A DNA stretch of 40,845 nt from positions 1 through 40,845 of IMG/VR virus record IMGVR_UViG_3300032272_000033; one strand, written 5' to 3'. The position numbers and the translations under genes were made by a program. Below, one piece after another: positions 15,711 to 22,704 of this stretch. The number at the start of each line of letters is the position of its first letter. Within the stretch, counting starts at the first letter, position 1. Source of the DNA: a virus. The notes under the pieces are model-generated. The model made no database searches. It saw only the letters and a list, made by a program, of their open reading frames with translations, and was not told the DNA's origin.

Positions 15711-15755
15711 TTATCCTTGTTCGAAACATAATGATAAATAAAGCTCTTTGTTCAG

Positions 15756-15784
15756 TTTACTTTATATAAATACAGTAGTATAAT
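15756..15784 (+). promoter_or_regulatory. Sigma70-like promoter TTTACT-N17-TATAAT
   Basis: TTTACT at 15756-15761 and TATAAT at 15779-15784, upstream of the SprT-like gene. Confidence 0.55.
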
Positions 15785-15793
15785 AATCATATT

Positions 15794-15816
15794 GGGGAAA
15801 TATATCCCCGTTTTTT
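15794..15816 (+). terminator. Terminator-like hairpin plus T6 immediately downstream of the promoter
   Basis: GGGGA (15794-15798) pairs with TCCCC (15805-15809) around a 6-nt loop. G and then TTTTTT (15811-16) follow. Confidence 0.45.
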
Positions 15817-15841
15817 AATCCCAATAAGTCAGGAGGATGGA

Positions 15842-16306
15842 ATGACAGAAGTAGAAGAGCTTATCACACAAAGAGTACATGCTCTGTGGGATACAGTCGA
15901 AGATGAGTATGGCCCCTGTCCGAGCATTTCATTCAAGGTGACAGGGTCTTGTGCTGGTAAGGCAAACAAAAAAGAGGTTATGTTCAATGTGAAGATAGCT
16001 GAGGATAACTTAGATGACTTCTTGAGAGCAACCGTTCCTCACGAATTAGCACACACGATTGTTAAGCGCAAGTACCTGCACCGCACCCAATCTCATGGAT
16101 ATGAGTGGCGAGTAGCCTGTATCCTGTTAGGAATGAAGTACGACGACATAAGAGCACGACATAGCCACACTGTCGGACGCACAAAAATTAAGACTGAAGA
16201 CGTACAATGCGAACTATGTGAAAAGGTTGCATTCGTCTCATTCGTTAAGAAGCACAACATGCAGATCAAGCGCTACATCTGCCGATGTGGCGGGAGAATG
16301 AAGTAA
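15842..16306 (+). CDS. SprT-like zinc metalloprotease, 154 aa
   Basis: HExxH in VPHELAHTIV, a downstream SHGYEW motif, and a C-terminal Cys4 ribbon (CELCEK...CRCGG). AGGAGG SD. Confidence 0.7.
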   Translation: MTEVEELITQRVHALWDTVEDEYGPCPSISFKVTGSCAGKANKKEVMFNVKIAEDNLDDFLRATVPHELAHTIVKRKYLHRTQSHGYEWRVACILLGMKYDDIRARHSHTVGRTKIKTEDVQCELCEKVAFVSFVKKHNMQIKRYICRCGGRMK

Positions 16307-16324
16307 ACCTGTAAGGAGAATAGT

Positions 16325-16450
16325 ATGAGATCAAGATACGATCCAAATAAAGACGATGACAGAATCACCTTGTGGGACGTCCTGCAAGGAATCATAGTGC
16401 TCGCAAGTGTCTACACATGTGTGGTACTGTTTCTAACCTTAGGAGAATAA
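16325..16450 (+). CDS. Micro-ORF, 41-aa membrane peptide
   Basis: AAGGAGAA SD before ATG 16325. My translation is MRSRYDPNKDDDRITLWDVLQGIIVLASVYTCVVLFLTLGE. It is absent from the ORF track. Confidence 0.55.
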   Translation: MRSRYDPNKDDDRITLWDVLQGIIVLASVYTCVVLFLTLGE

Positions 16451-16452
16451 CG

Positions 16453-16683
16453 ATGTCCAAAGTACAGAAGCTAGCTATGTTCAAAGCAGAAATGGAGGCA
16501 TTAAAAAGAGCTGTAAGTGCTATATCTGAAGCCTTTGAGGATGAAGAGATTAGTGAGCATCTTCATAGTGTAAACTTCGAGGACTTCTTCCCCATGTCTG
16601 TAGACGAATGGGAATACCACCTCGATGATCAGTACTGTGCTATTGAGGCTCAACTAGATGATCTAATCAACAAGATTAACTAA
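16453..16683 (+). CDS. Early hypothetical protein, 76 aa
   Basis: ATG 16453 is preceded by AGGAGAA (16441-16447). The ORF-track start at 16372 is a GTG inside the preceding micro-ORF. Confidence 0.7.
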   Translation: MSKVQKLAMFKAEMEALKRAVSAISEAFEDEEISEHLHSVNFEDFFPMSVDEWEYHLDDQYCAIEAQLDDLINKIN

Positions 16684-16697
16684 GGAGGTAGACCATA

Positions 16698-16958
16698 ATG
16701 ACAAAGCGCATGTCACAAATCAAGAAAGGAGACACTGTCTTCTTTACAGCGGAGCACACTGCTTTTCCTGACTTCGTTATCCCACACCGCGCTACGGGTA
16801 TCGTCGTCGAAGAGAATCATATGAAGGAGGACGATATAGTGTTCTCCTTCCGCATCTTTATGGACGAACCTTTTGAGGGTGCACACAACACAGAGTGGGA
16901 TAATTGTGTCCACATAAATGATCGCGATCATGGTGACGACATTATCTATCGTTACTGA
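16698..16958 (+). CDS. Early hypothetical protein, 86 aa
   Basis: TAAGGAGGT SD. Compact ORF. Confidence 0.75.
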   Translation: MTKRMSQIKKGDTVFFTAEHTAFPDFVIPHRATGIVVEENHMKEDDIVFSFRIFMDEPFEGAHNTEWDNCVHINDRDHGDDIIYRY

Positions 16959-16971
16959 AGGAGGTGTACTA

Positions 16972-17220
16972 ATGTCAGAAAGCTTTGAGAAGTTTATTGG
17001 AGGAGTTGAGTGGTCCAAGATCATTAACAGTAATGATAACGATATTGATAATGATAATGATCTTGATCTTGATCTTGATAACGATATTGAGGAACCACCT
17101 CAAGACATGGACTACGAAGATTGTAAGTACTGCGGTGCTCAGCATTTAGTGTACCTAATAGATCCAACACACAACAAAGGATACTGTAGCGACTGGTGCC
17201 ACCAACAAGACCGCCGCTAA
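16972..17220 (+). CDS. Acidic Asp-repeat protein with C-terminal Cys/His cluster, 82 aa
   Basis: GAAGGAGGT SD before ATG 16972. NDNDIDNDNDLDLDLDNDIEE is encoded by a GATNNN periodic repeat (about 17031-17090), followed by CKYCG...CSDWCH. Confidence 0.7.
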   Translation: MSESFEKFIGGVEWSKIINSNDNDIDNDNDLDLDLDNDIEEPPQDMDYEDCKYCGAQHLVYLIDPTHNKGYCSDWCHQQDRR

Positions 17221-17252
17221 AACCCCTGTTCACAAAAGAAAGAAGGATAAAA

Positions 17253-17522
17253 ATGGAAAATCCTAATAAGGAAGAATCAAAACTACTCACGGATGCATTG
17301 CATTTGTTGATACAGCTAGCGCCTCTGTCCATGACCAATAAGGCTATAAGCGAAGGTGTCACACAGGTAGGTAATGCGGTACAACAGCGCGACATTGATG
17401 AGTTAAAGGCAGGGCTGATCATGATAAAGAACGCTGTCGTTTCGTGTAGAAAAGCAGCAGAAGAGTTAGAATCTTTTATTATGAATAACGACCTGAACTC
17501 TTCGACTGGAGGTGGCAATTGA
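17253..17522 (+). CDS. Early hypothetical helical protein, 89 aa
   Basis: ATG 17253 lies after AGAAGGA. The upstream extension in the ORF track lacks an SD. Confidence 0.65.
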   Translation: MENPNKEESKLLTDALHLLIQLAPLSMTNKAISEGVTQVGNAVQQRDIDELKAGLIMIKNAVVSCRKAAEELESFIMNNDLNSSTGGGN

Positions 17523-18037
17523 ATGAACAAGGGGATATATTCGACCGATCTGCTGGAGAGGAAGAGCCAGAGGAAGAGCCAACATGTCTTGAAGGCGGTG
17601 ATATCCACTGCATTCACTACGGTTTGGCCATGGATGAGTATGGCAATCCTGACAACTGTTGCTATTGTGAAGAAACACCTGTCTTCCTTGATACAGGTAA
17701 CGACTACGAGTGCAATTTCTGTGGCTCTGAAGGTGTAAAGGGCTATGAATACATCGAGACTGTACGTCTCGTGTTGGAATTAGAACAGAAGTGGATCAAA
17801 GACATGCAGACGATGTGTAATGGTAAGCACAGTCTCGCGAGTATTGATCAACCAGGATATGTCCCAGGTATATCACCAAATGTTATTGGAGGACCTGGTG
17901 CAATACCCCCATCGTGTGCCATCCATGAACATCTCGATGCTCGTGAGATAGAGATTGAGGCTCATCTTAAACAACTAACCCAGTGTCAGGACTTGCTCAG
18001 CGAGACTGGAAAGGCGGTCATGCCGCCTTGGTTTTAA
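17519..18037 (+). CDS. Cys-rich early protein, 172 aa (TTG start)
   Basis: GGAGG at 17508-17512 lies 6 nt before TTG 17519, which overlaps the upstream stop. The acidic N-terminus is followed by CCYCEE...CNFCG. Confidence 0.6.
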   Translation: MNEQGDIFDRSAGEEEPEEEPTCLEGGDIHCIHYGLAMDEYGNPDNCCYCEETPVFLDTGNDYECNFCGSEGVKGYEYIETVRLVLELEQKWIKDMQTMCNGKHSLASIDQPGYVPGISPNVIGGPGAIPPSCAIHEHLDAREIEIEAHLKQLTQCQDLLSETGKAVMPPWF

Positions 18038-18046
18038 GGAGAAACT

Positions 18047-18232
18047 ATGGAATACATGGAAAAAGTATGGCTCAGTCGAACTGATGGTCCTTCTTGGACT
18101 GAGTGGTTAGATAGTTTCGGAAAATATCGTTGGCAGCTTGTGTTTGTAAGAGAACAAGGGCCTTCTGGTATAAGGTGGATGCAAAGAAGTTGTACCTTCA
18201 TGAGAAAAAGGAGAAATCATGCAACGGTTTAG
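18047..18232 (+). CDS. Early hypothetical protein, 61 aa
   Basis: TAAGGAGAA SD. Confidence 0.6.
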   Translation: MEYMEKVWLSRTDGPSWTEWLDSFGKYRWQLVFVREQGPSGIRWMQRSCTFMRKRRNHATV

Positions 18233-18428
18233 AGTAACAAGAATAACATACGAGGACGGTGTTATTGAGGCAGAGAGTATTGAAGATGCTAAAACACTGT
18301 TTAAGTATAGTGTAGCACCAACAGGCTGGCAATTAATTCGACAGGATTTCTATGCCGGTGGTTCTAGAATAAAAACAGACACCCACTGCGAAGAAGTAGA
18401 TCGCTTTCCACTAGAGGAGGAACTATGA
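18219..18428 (+). CDS. Early hypothetical protein, 69 aa
   Basis: AAAGGAGAA SD. Overlaps the upstream ORF by 14 nt. Confidence 0.7.
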   Translation: MQRFRVTRITYEDGVIEAESIEDAKTLFKYSVAPTGWQLIRQDFYAGGSRIKTDTHCEEVDRFPLEEEL

Positions 18429-18676
18429 CTATACAATTCGGAACACGTAATTTTGGTAACACTAAAAGAAAATATCGATCATTCTACGGTTATATCACGA
18501 AAGGAGGTGCTGTTCACGTTAAAAGATGCTACGACGACTCTCTACTCGAGTTCAATCGTCGCATGGAAAGAAACCTGCATAAGTATAAATGGGTTTTTCC
18601 ACCTTTTAAGGCACCAAACCTTGACAAAGCCAGGAAAATTGTAAATGACCAGGTTAGTGAAGGAATCGGTGCGTAA
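18425..18676 (+). CDS. Early hypothetical basic protein, 83 aa
   Basis: GAGGAGGAA SD and an ATGA overlap with the upstream stop. Confidence 0.7.
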   Translation: MTIQFGTRNFGNTKRKYRSFYGYITKGGAVHVKRCYDDSLLEFNRRMERNLHKYKWVFPPFKAPNLDKARKIVNDQVSEGIGA

Positions 18677-18704
18677 AAAAGATTGAACTGTATTCATTTT
18701 TTAG

Positions 18705-18740
18705 TTTCTTTTGATATTTAGTTATGATACAATGTAGTAT
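18705..18740 (+). promoter_or_regulatory. Promoter-like region (TGATACAAT extended -10, or TTGATA-N18-TAGTAT)
   Basis: TGA at 18725-27 plus TACAAT at 18728-33. Alternatively TTGATA at 18711-16 with TAGTAT at 18735-40. The intergenic region is AT-rich. Confidence 0.4.
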
Positions 18741-18767
18741 ATCAATTGATACAGAGTGGAGATTGTT

Positions 18768-19361
18768 ATGGCTGGTTATCTTAAAATTCCTTGTGTGGTG
18801 CCAATTAACTTCGGCTACCAGTTTCATAACTACAAGGGAATAAATTCGCAAGTTGCTTATGTTCTTCCTGAGCACTTAGCTAGAGATTACACCTCCAGAC
18901 AACTCCGCTCTCTATCAATAAAGCTTGGCAATCGGGACTTAGGTTCTGACTTTAGTAAACTAGATCACGCTAAAGTGATCTGGCAATCAATCAAGAACGG
19001 AGGCACTAAAATGAGTGATCAAACTGGTAAAGAAGAAAAAGCACCTGCTAAAGGCGCTGACGCCAAAACACCAAAAGCACCAAAAGCACCAAAAGCACCG
19101 AACAAGTATACCTTCACGTTGAAAGACCCTGCTAGTTGGGCCAAAGCCGCTAACCAGGTCAAAGTGATCATGGGTGAGTTGCACGCCAACAAGGGCATCA
19201 ACAAAAATGGTACTGCTGAGGTTGATGAAGCTCAGTTGATTGTTCTCTTGGACAAAATGGTGACTGACGGTAAGTTGATTACCAAACAGCCAGCCATTCG
19301 TGTGTTCAAGTACTACATTCCAAAACTTCGGGATGAGTTCAAAGTCCTAGCCTGCTCGTAA
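18768..19361 (+). CDS. Protein with histone-H1-like (T)PKAPKAPKAP repeat, 197 aa
   Basis: AGAGTGGAGAT SD before ATG 18768. A 9-bp tandem ccaaaagca x3 lies at 19071-19097. There is an in-frame internal ATG at 19011 after GGAGG. Confidence 0.7.
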   Translation: MAGYLKIPCVVPINFGYQFHNYKGINSQVAYVLPEHLARDYTSRQLRSLSIKLGNRDLGSDFSKLDHAKVIWQSIKNGGTKMSDQTGKEEKAPAKGADAKTPKAPKAPKAPNKYTFTLKDPASWAKAANQVKVIMGELHANKGINKNGTAEVDEAQLIVLLDKMVTDGKLITKQPAIRVFKYYIPKLRDEFKVLACS

Positions 19362-19384
19362 GTGGTGGACTGGCGGTACGCGAT

Positions 19385-19427
19385 AGTGATCGTCCTAGGG
19401 CCCTTCGTGGCCCTAGGTCTGATCACT
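19385..19427 (+). terminator. Long imperfect hairpin, probable terminator/RNA structure
   Basis: agtgatc...cctagggcc-cttcgt-ggccctagg...gatcact, with only a weak T-tract after it. Confidence 0.45.
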
Positions 19428-19462
19428 CTCTTAATGAAACTCTAGAGCGGAGATAAAGGCTA

Positions 19463-19672
19463 ATGCCTAAAAATAAAACATGTAATGATTTGGTCATCAA
19501 GCTAAATGAGACTCGGGATATGATTAAAGATATGCCTGAGTCTGAGCGACTGATATTCACAGAGTTGTCTGTCCCTCGAGCGGATCAGACCAAATGGGAA
19601 CGTGATATCATGTATGCCTATCGAAATGCTTGCTTCCACTTAGGTGTTGAAGAAGACGACTCTAAGAAATGA
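19463..19672 (+). CDS. Hypothetical protein, 69 aa
   Basis: TAGAGCGGAGAT SD region upstream. Confidence 0.7.
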   Translation: MPKNKTCNDLVIKLNETRDMIKDMPESERLIFTELSVPRADQTKWERDIMYAYRNACFHLGVEEDDSKK

Positions 19673-19714
19673 GAACAATGCTGGCTGAGCACCGGCACAT
19701 GGGGGGTGCAGGCA

Positions 19715-19804
19715 ATGGACGGAAAACTGGAGACATTAGTGGAAGGTTTTCAACTCATCCGCGTCGCTCTTTCAAGATGGGCGACCACCCCTCCCAAATT
19801 CTAA
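19715..19804 (+). CDS. Possible micro-ORF, 29 aa (MDGKLETLVEGFQLIRVALSRWATTPPKF)
   Basis: It fills most of an otherwise unexplained 141-nt gap. There is a G-rich stretch 8 nt upstream, and the stop lies just before the next SD. Weak support. Confidence 0.25.
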   Translation: MDGKLETLVEGFQLIRVALSRWATTPPKF

Positions 19805-19813
19805 AGGAGCAGT

Positions 19814-20062
19814 ATGATACGAGTAGGCGATAAGTTGGCTGCTAAAAAAGCCTTAATGGCGAAAAAGACCACCTTATCCGTTGGTGATAGAGGGTACTAC
19901 CAACAGATTCTTAAAAGCTTGGCAATTGGTGAAGTTTATGAAATACCAGAGAGCGAAGCAGACACCGTAAGCAAAGCCATGTATTTACTAAAAGGACGTC
20001 ACAGATACAAGAGAAAAAAGATCAAAGAAAAGGGAACTGTAGGTATCACGCGCGTCGCTTAA
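19814..20062 (+). CDS. Hypothetical basic protein, 82 aa
   Basis: AAAGGAG SD. Confidence 0.7.
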   Translation: MIRVGDKLAAKKALMAKKTTLSVGDRGYYQQILKSLAIGEVYEIPESEADTVSKAMYLLKGRHRYKRKKIKEKGTVGITRVA

Positions 20063-20087
20063 AAAAGAGAGGAGAGGAGTGGCTAAA

Positions 20088-20294
20088 ATGAGTGAAGCAC
20101 CTAGATCAAGTAAGGAGGCTTTAAAGCGCATTAGGGCTTTTAGAGCCTATCCTCCTTGCATTAACTGTAACAAGACCGACCGCGTCATAGCTAGCCGCGC
20201 TTGCGGCACATACAAGTGCAAAAGATGTGAACTCTCGTTCACACTGGATGATGTTTTTAAAAACCACGATCTTGAAATAGATAAATGGACCTAG
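20088..20294 (+). CDS. Zinc-ribbon protein, 68 aa
   Basis: CINC...CKRC (Cys4). I prefer ATG 20088 over GTG 20079 because of the spacing to GGAGAGGAG. Confidence 0.65.
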   Translation: MSEAPRSSKEALKRIRAFRAYPPCINCNKTDRVIASRACGTYKCKRCELSFTLDDVFKNHDLEIDKWT

Positions 20295-20308
20295 AGAGGA
20301 GATTTGTT

Positions 20309-20515
20309 ATGCCTAAGAAAAAGAATCCTTGGCTAATATGTTGGAAGCCAAAAGGAGCTAGAGACACTGAGTATGCTCCAGTAGTGAGTGGCCGTGTCTA
20401 CGGTAACTATAATGATGCTGCAATACACCTAACCAACTGGCGTAAGACTAGTGTCTATTCTGAGTACAAGAACTGTATTCTAAAACCTATTAGATTTGAG
20501 AGGGCCTATGTCTAA
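20309..20515 (+). CDS. Hypothetical protein, 68 aa
   Basis: TAGAGAGGAGAT SD before ATG 20309. Confidence 0.65.
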   Translation: MPKKKNPWLICWKPKGARDTEYAPVVSGRVYGNYNDAAIHLTNWRKTSVYSEYKNCILKPIRFERAYV

Positions 20516-21386
20516 TCCAAACAGAGAGTTCGACAAAACTCACCTGTCGGTTGATCAAGCAGAACAAAGGGGTTTTATTCATCGCGATTATCTCGCACAT
20601 TGTTTCAGATGGACGCATGTGGTTAAGTATCTGGGACAGAAGCAAAGATATCAAACAGCCGAGATTCTTGATATCGGTTGTGGCAAAGAGACTCCACTGA
20701 TCAAGACTCTGTATACAAGTAAGATGACACCACCGCGCTACACGGGTGTGGACATCAACAACATACCACTCACAGATATTCATGATAAGATATCAGCTAA
20801 GGGGTGTGATTTAAGTATTATTGGAAACTGTAATTTCGTTGAAGAGAATTATTTTGACAAAAATAGTGATCCTGCTATAAGCACTGTTAAGCCTTTCTCT
20901 GTTATAACCTGCTTCGAAGTCCTTGAACACATGCACCCACGTCATGTACTACCCACCCTCAAAAGAATACATGCCTTGCTACAACCCGGAGGCCGAGCAT
21001 TCATATCAACCCCTGTCTACAATGGCAAAGCCGCTGCGAATCATATCAATGAGATGACGTACCATGCTATGCGCAATCTATTAATAGAAGCTGGTTTCTG
21101 TATTGAAGCTCGATATGGAACCTTTGCTAGCCAGTCTGAGTACAAAGGGCGTCTTGACTATATTCTTGAGGCTCCTGGTGCTAACAAGATCTTCGACATG
21201 ATGTCAGAATACTACGACAGTAATGTCATGTCCACCATCTTCGCCCCACTGATTCCAAGCATGTCACGCAATGTGATGTGGGTATTGAGCACAGAACCTA
21301 ATCATGAAGGTCTCATTGATATAAACCACCACAGCCACCAACCCTGGTCATCATCTGAGGATTGGTCGCTGTTGTTTGGAGAATAG
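20508..21386 (+). CDS. Class I SAM-dependent methyltransferase, 292 aa (substrate unknown)
   Basis: Motif I ILDIGCGKE, plus GVDIN, VITCFEVLEHM and LQPGGRAFISTP. I did not see DNA N6/N4 (D/N/S-PP-Y/F) or C5 (PC...ENV) motifs. ATG 20508 lies after GAGAGG. Confidence 0.8.
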   Translation: MSNPNREFDKTHLSVDQAEQRGFIHRDYLAHCFRWTHVVKYLGQKQRYQTAEILDIGCGKETPLIKTLYTSKMTPPRYTGVDINNIPLTDIHDKISAKGCDLSIIGNCNFVEENYFDKNSDPAISTVKPFSVITCFEVLEHMHPRHVLPTLKRIHALLQPGGRAFISTPVYNGKAAANHINEMTYHAMRNLLIEAGFCIEARYGTFASQSEYKGRLDYILEAPGANKIFDMMSEYYDSNVMSTIFAPLIPSMSRNVMWVLSTEPNHEGLIDINHHSHQPWSSSEDWSLLFGE

Positions 21387-21422
21387 AAACACCACTACCA
21401 CCACTTAAAGAAAGGATGCAAA

Positions 21423-21791
21423 ATGAAAATGGATGATAAAGAGATCGACCGCCTGATAGCGGAAAATGATGATAAGAACAAAAAGCTCGATGAAGAGCAT
21501 GGGCACAAGTGCGGTCCAGAATGTCGCGAAGGGCTTGAGCTTAAGAACAAGGAAGAAGCCATCAAGCTGTTTCATGAGACCATCGACAAGCAAGCGGGTC
21601 TTGAAGAAGGTAAGATCATCATGATATCAAAAGAGGCCGGAGGTGTGAGGATTCTGATGTCTGGAGTATCTAAACTTGAAGCCTCTATGGTTCTCGACAA
21701 CGCGGCAAAAAACCTCATGAAGAAGATCGATCCTATGGAGACACTCAAAGACCTTCTGGAGGAGATGGATCCAGACAACAAACAACACTAG
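21423..21791 (+). CDS. Hypothetical charged protein, 122 aa
   Basis: ORF with an AAAGGA SD. No motif recognised. Confidence 0.7.
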   Translation: MKMDDKEIDRLIAENDDKNKKLDEEHGHKCGPECREGLELKNKEEAIKLFHETIDKQAGLEEGKIIMISKEAGGVRILMSGVSKLEASMVLDNAAKNLMKKIDPMETLKDLLEEMDPDNKQH

Positions 21792-21836
21792 GCTACACTA
21801 GGCCACCAACCCTGATATTTGGAGAACCAGACAATT

Positions 21837-22382
21837 ATGGAAAAAGACGACATACCAAGCAGTCCTGATTTACATGCAGACGTAAAAGAATTCTACAAAA
21901 AGTTTGAACTCGGATTACGAGACAAGCCTGAACAGTTGAGACAGAGTGCTAATGGACAGTTGATGGTTAATGAAGCCATCCACCAAATGTCCTTCACTTA
22001 CAATTTCTTGGTAAATCAATCAAAGCCTGAAGGGTGGACCAAGGATGATGAATTTCTTCGCTTCAGAACAGCGGCTATGCTAGAAGAGCTTATTGAGTAT
22101 CTTCAAGCTGTTAGAGATTGTGACTTGGCTGGTCAATTTGACGCTCTTGTAGATCTTACTTACTTTGCTGTTGGTACTGCTGAGGGACACAAGTTTCCGT
22201 TTAACGATGGCTGGGATCTAGTCCATGCCTCTAACATGAGTAAAGAGCGCGCAGAGTCTAATGGTGAGTCCAAGCGCTTTAGCAAGTGGGATGTTGTGAA
22301 GCCTCACGGCTTCGTGGCTCCTGATCTTAAACTCCTATTGGAGCAAAATCCACATGTCGAAGAAGAAAACACAGAAGATTGA
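21837..22382 (+). CDS. MazG/PRA-PH-like all-alpha NTP pyrophosphohydrolase, about 181 aa
   Basis: AAMLEELIEYLQA...FDALVDLTYFAVG...VHASNMSK...VVKPHGFVAPDL matches the E-x2-E ... D-x2-D metal motifs and the C-terminal pattern of phage MazG-like enzymes. The start is either ATG 21837 or TTG 21819. Confidence 0.7.
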   Translation: MEKDDIPSSPDLHADVKEFYKKFELGLRDKPEQLRQSANGQLMVNEAIHQMSFTYNFLVNQSKPEGWTKDDEFLRFRTAAMLEELIEYLQAVRDCDLAGQFDALVDLTYFAVGTAEGHKFPFNDGWDLVHASNMSKERAESNGESKRFSKWDVVKPHGFVAPDLKLLLEQNPHVEEENTED

Positions 22383-22704
22383 TGTGGCTCGGTTGCAACA
22401 TTTGACTGAAGTCAGAGGTGAAGCCTATGGTCCAGCACTACCTCAGTTAAGAAATGTAGGCCAAATGATGCACGCGATCATCTGCGAGTATTATCAGATC
22501 AAACTACCACCACTACCGGCTGACATCACCTCTTTGATGATAGCCACTCTCAAGATAGCGAGAGCTTCTCGTCCTGTTCCTTACCATAAGGACAACTACG
22601 AGGATGCTATCAATTATCTATCATTCGCTAATGACTTTCATCCTGATAACCAGAATGATGCTGAAGATGATCTGGATATCTTGGAGGCGGGTCGTGTTTG
22701 TTGA
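22354..22704 (+). CDS. Small helical protein of the R-x3-YG ... LKIAR ... D-x2-D type, 116 aa
   Basis: EVRGEAYGP...IATLKIARAS...HKDNYEDAINYL resembles the small domain found with or next to phage nucleotide pyrophosphohydrolases (from memory). It overlaps both neighbours. Confidence 0.45.
   Translation: MSKKKTQKIDVARLQHLTEVRGEAYGPALPQLRNVGQMMHAIICEYYQIKLPPLPADITSLMIATLKIARASRPVPYHKDNYEDAINYLSFANDFHPDNQNDAEDDLDILEAGRVC

Noticed and set aside
15443-15769. 108-aa plus-strand ORF in the ORF track
   Set aside because: It lies entirely within the iteron/AT-rich repeat block. It has no SD before its start, and its sequence is dictated by the repeats (recurring VL/SC/YI strings). I treat it as non-coding.
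17024-17617. 197-aa minus-strand ORF antisense to three early genes
   Set aside because: The plus-strand genes here each have strong SDs and tight coupling. The antisense product is Ser/Leu/Cys/Phe-rich, ends in a YRYQDQDQDHYHYQY run that mirrors the Asp-repeat DNA, and has no SD.
22604-22693. Upstream extension of the ThyA-fold ORF (track start 22604)
   Set aside because: The extension overlaps the preceding gene by 100 nt and adds a hydrophobic peptide unrelated to the ThyA fold. GTG 22694 has GGAGG at ideal spacing, and the ThyA-like sequence begins there.
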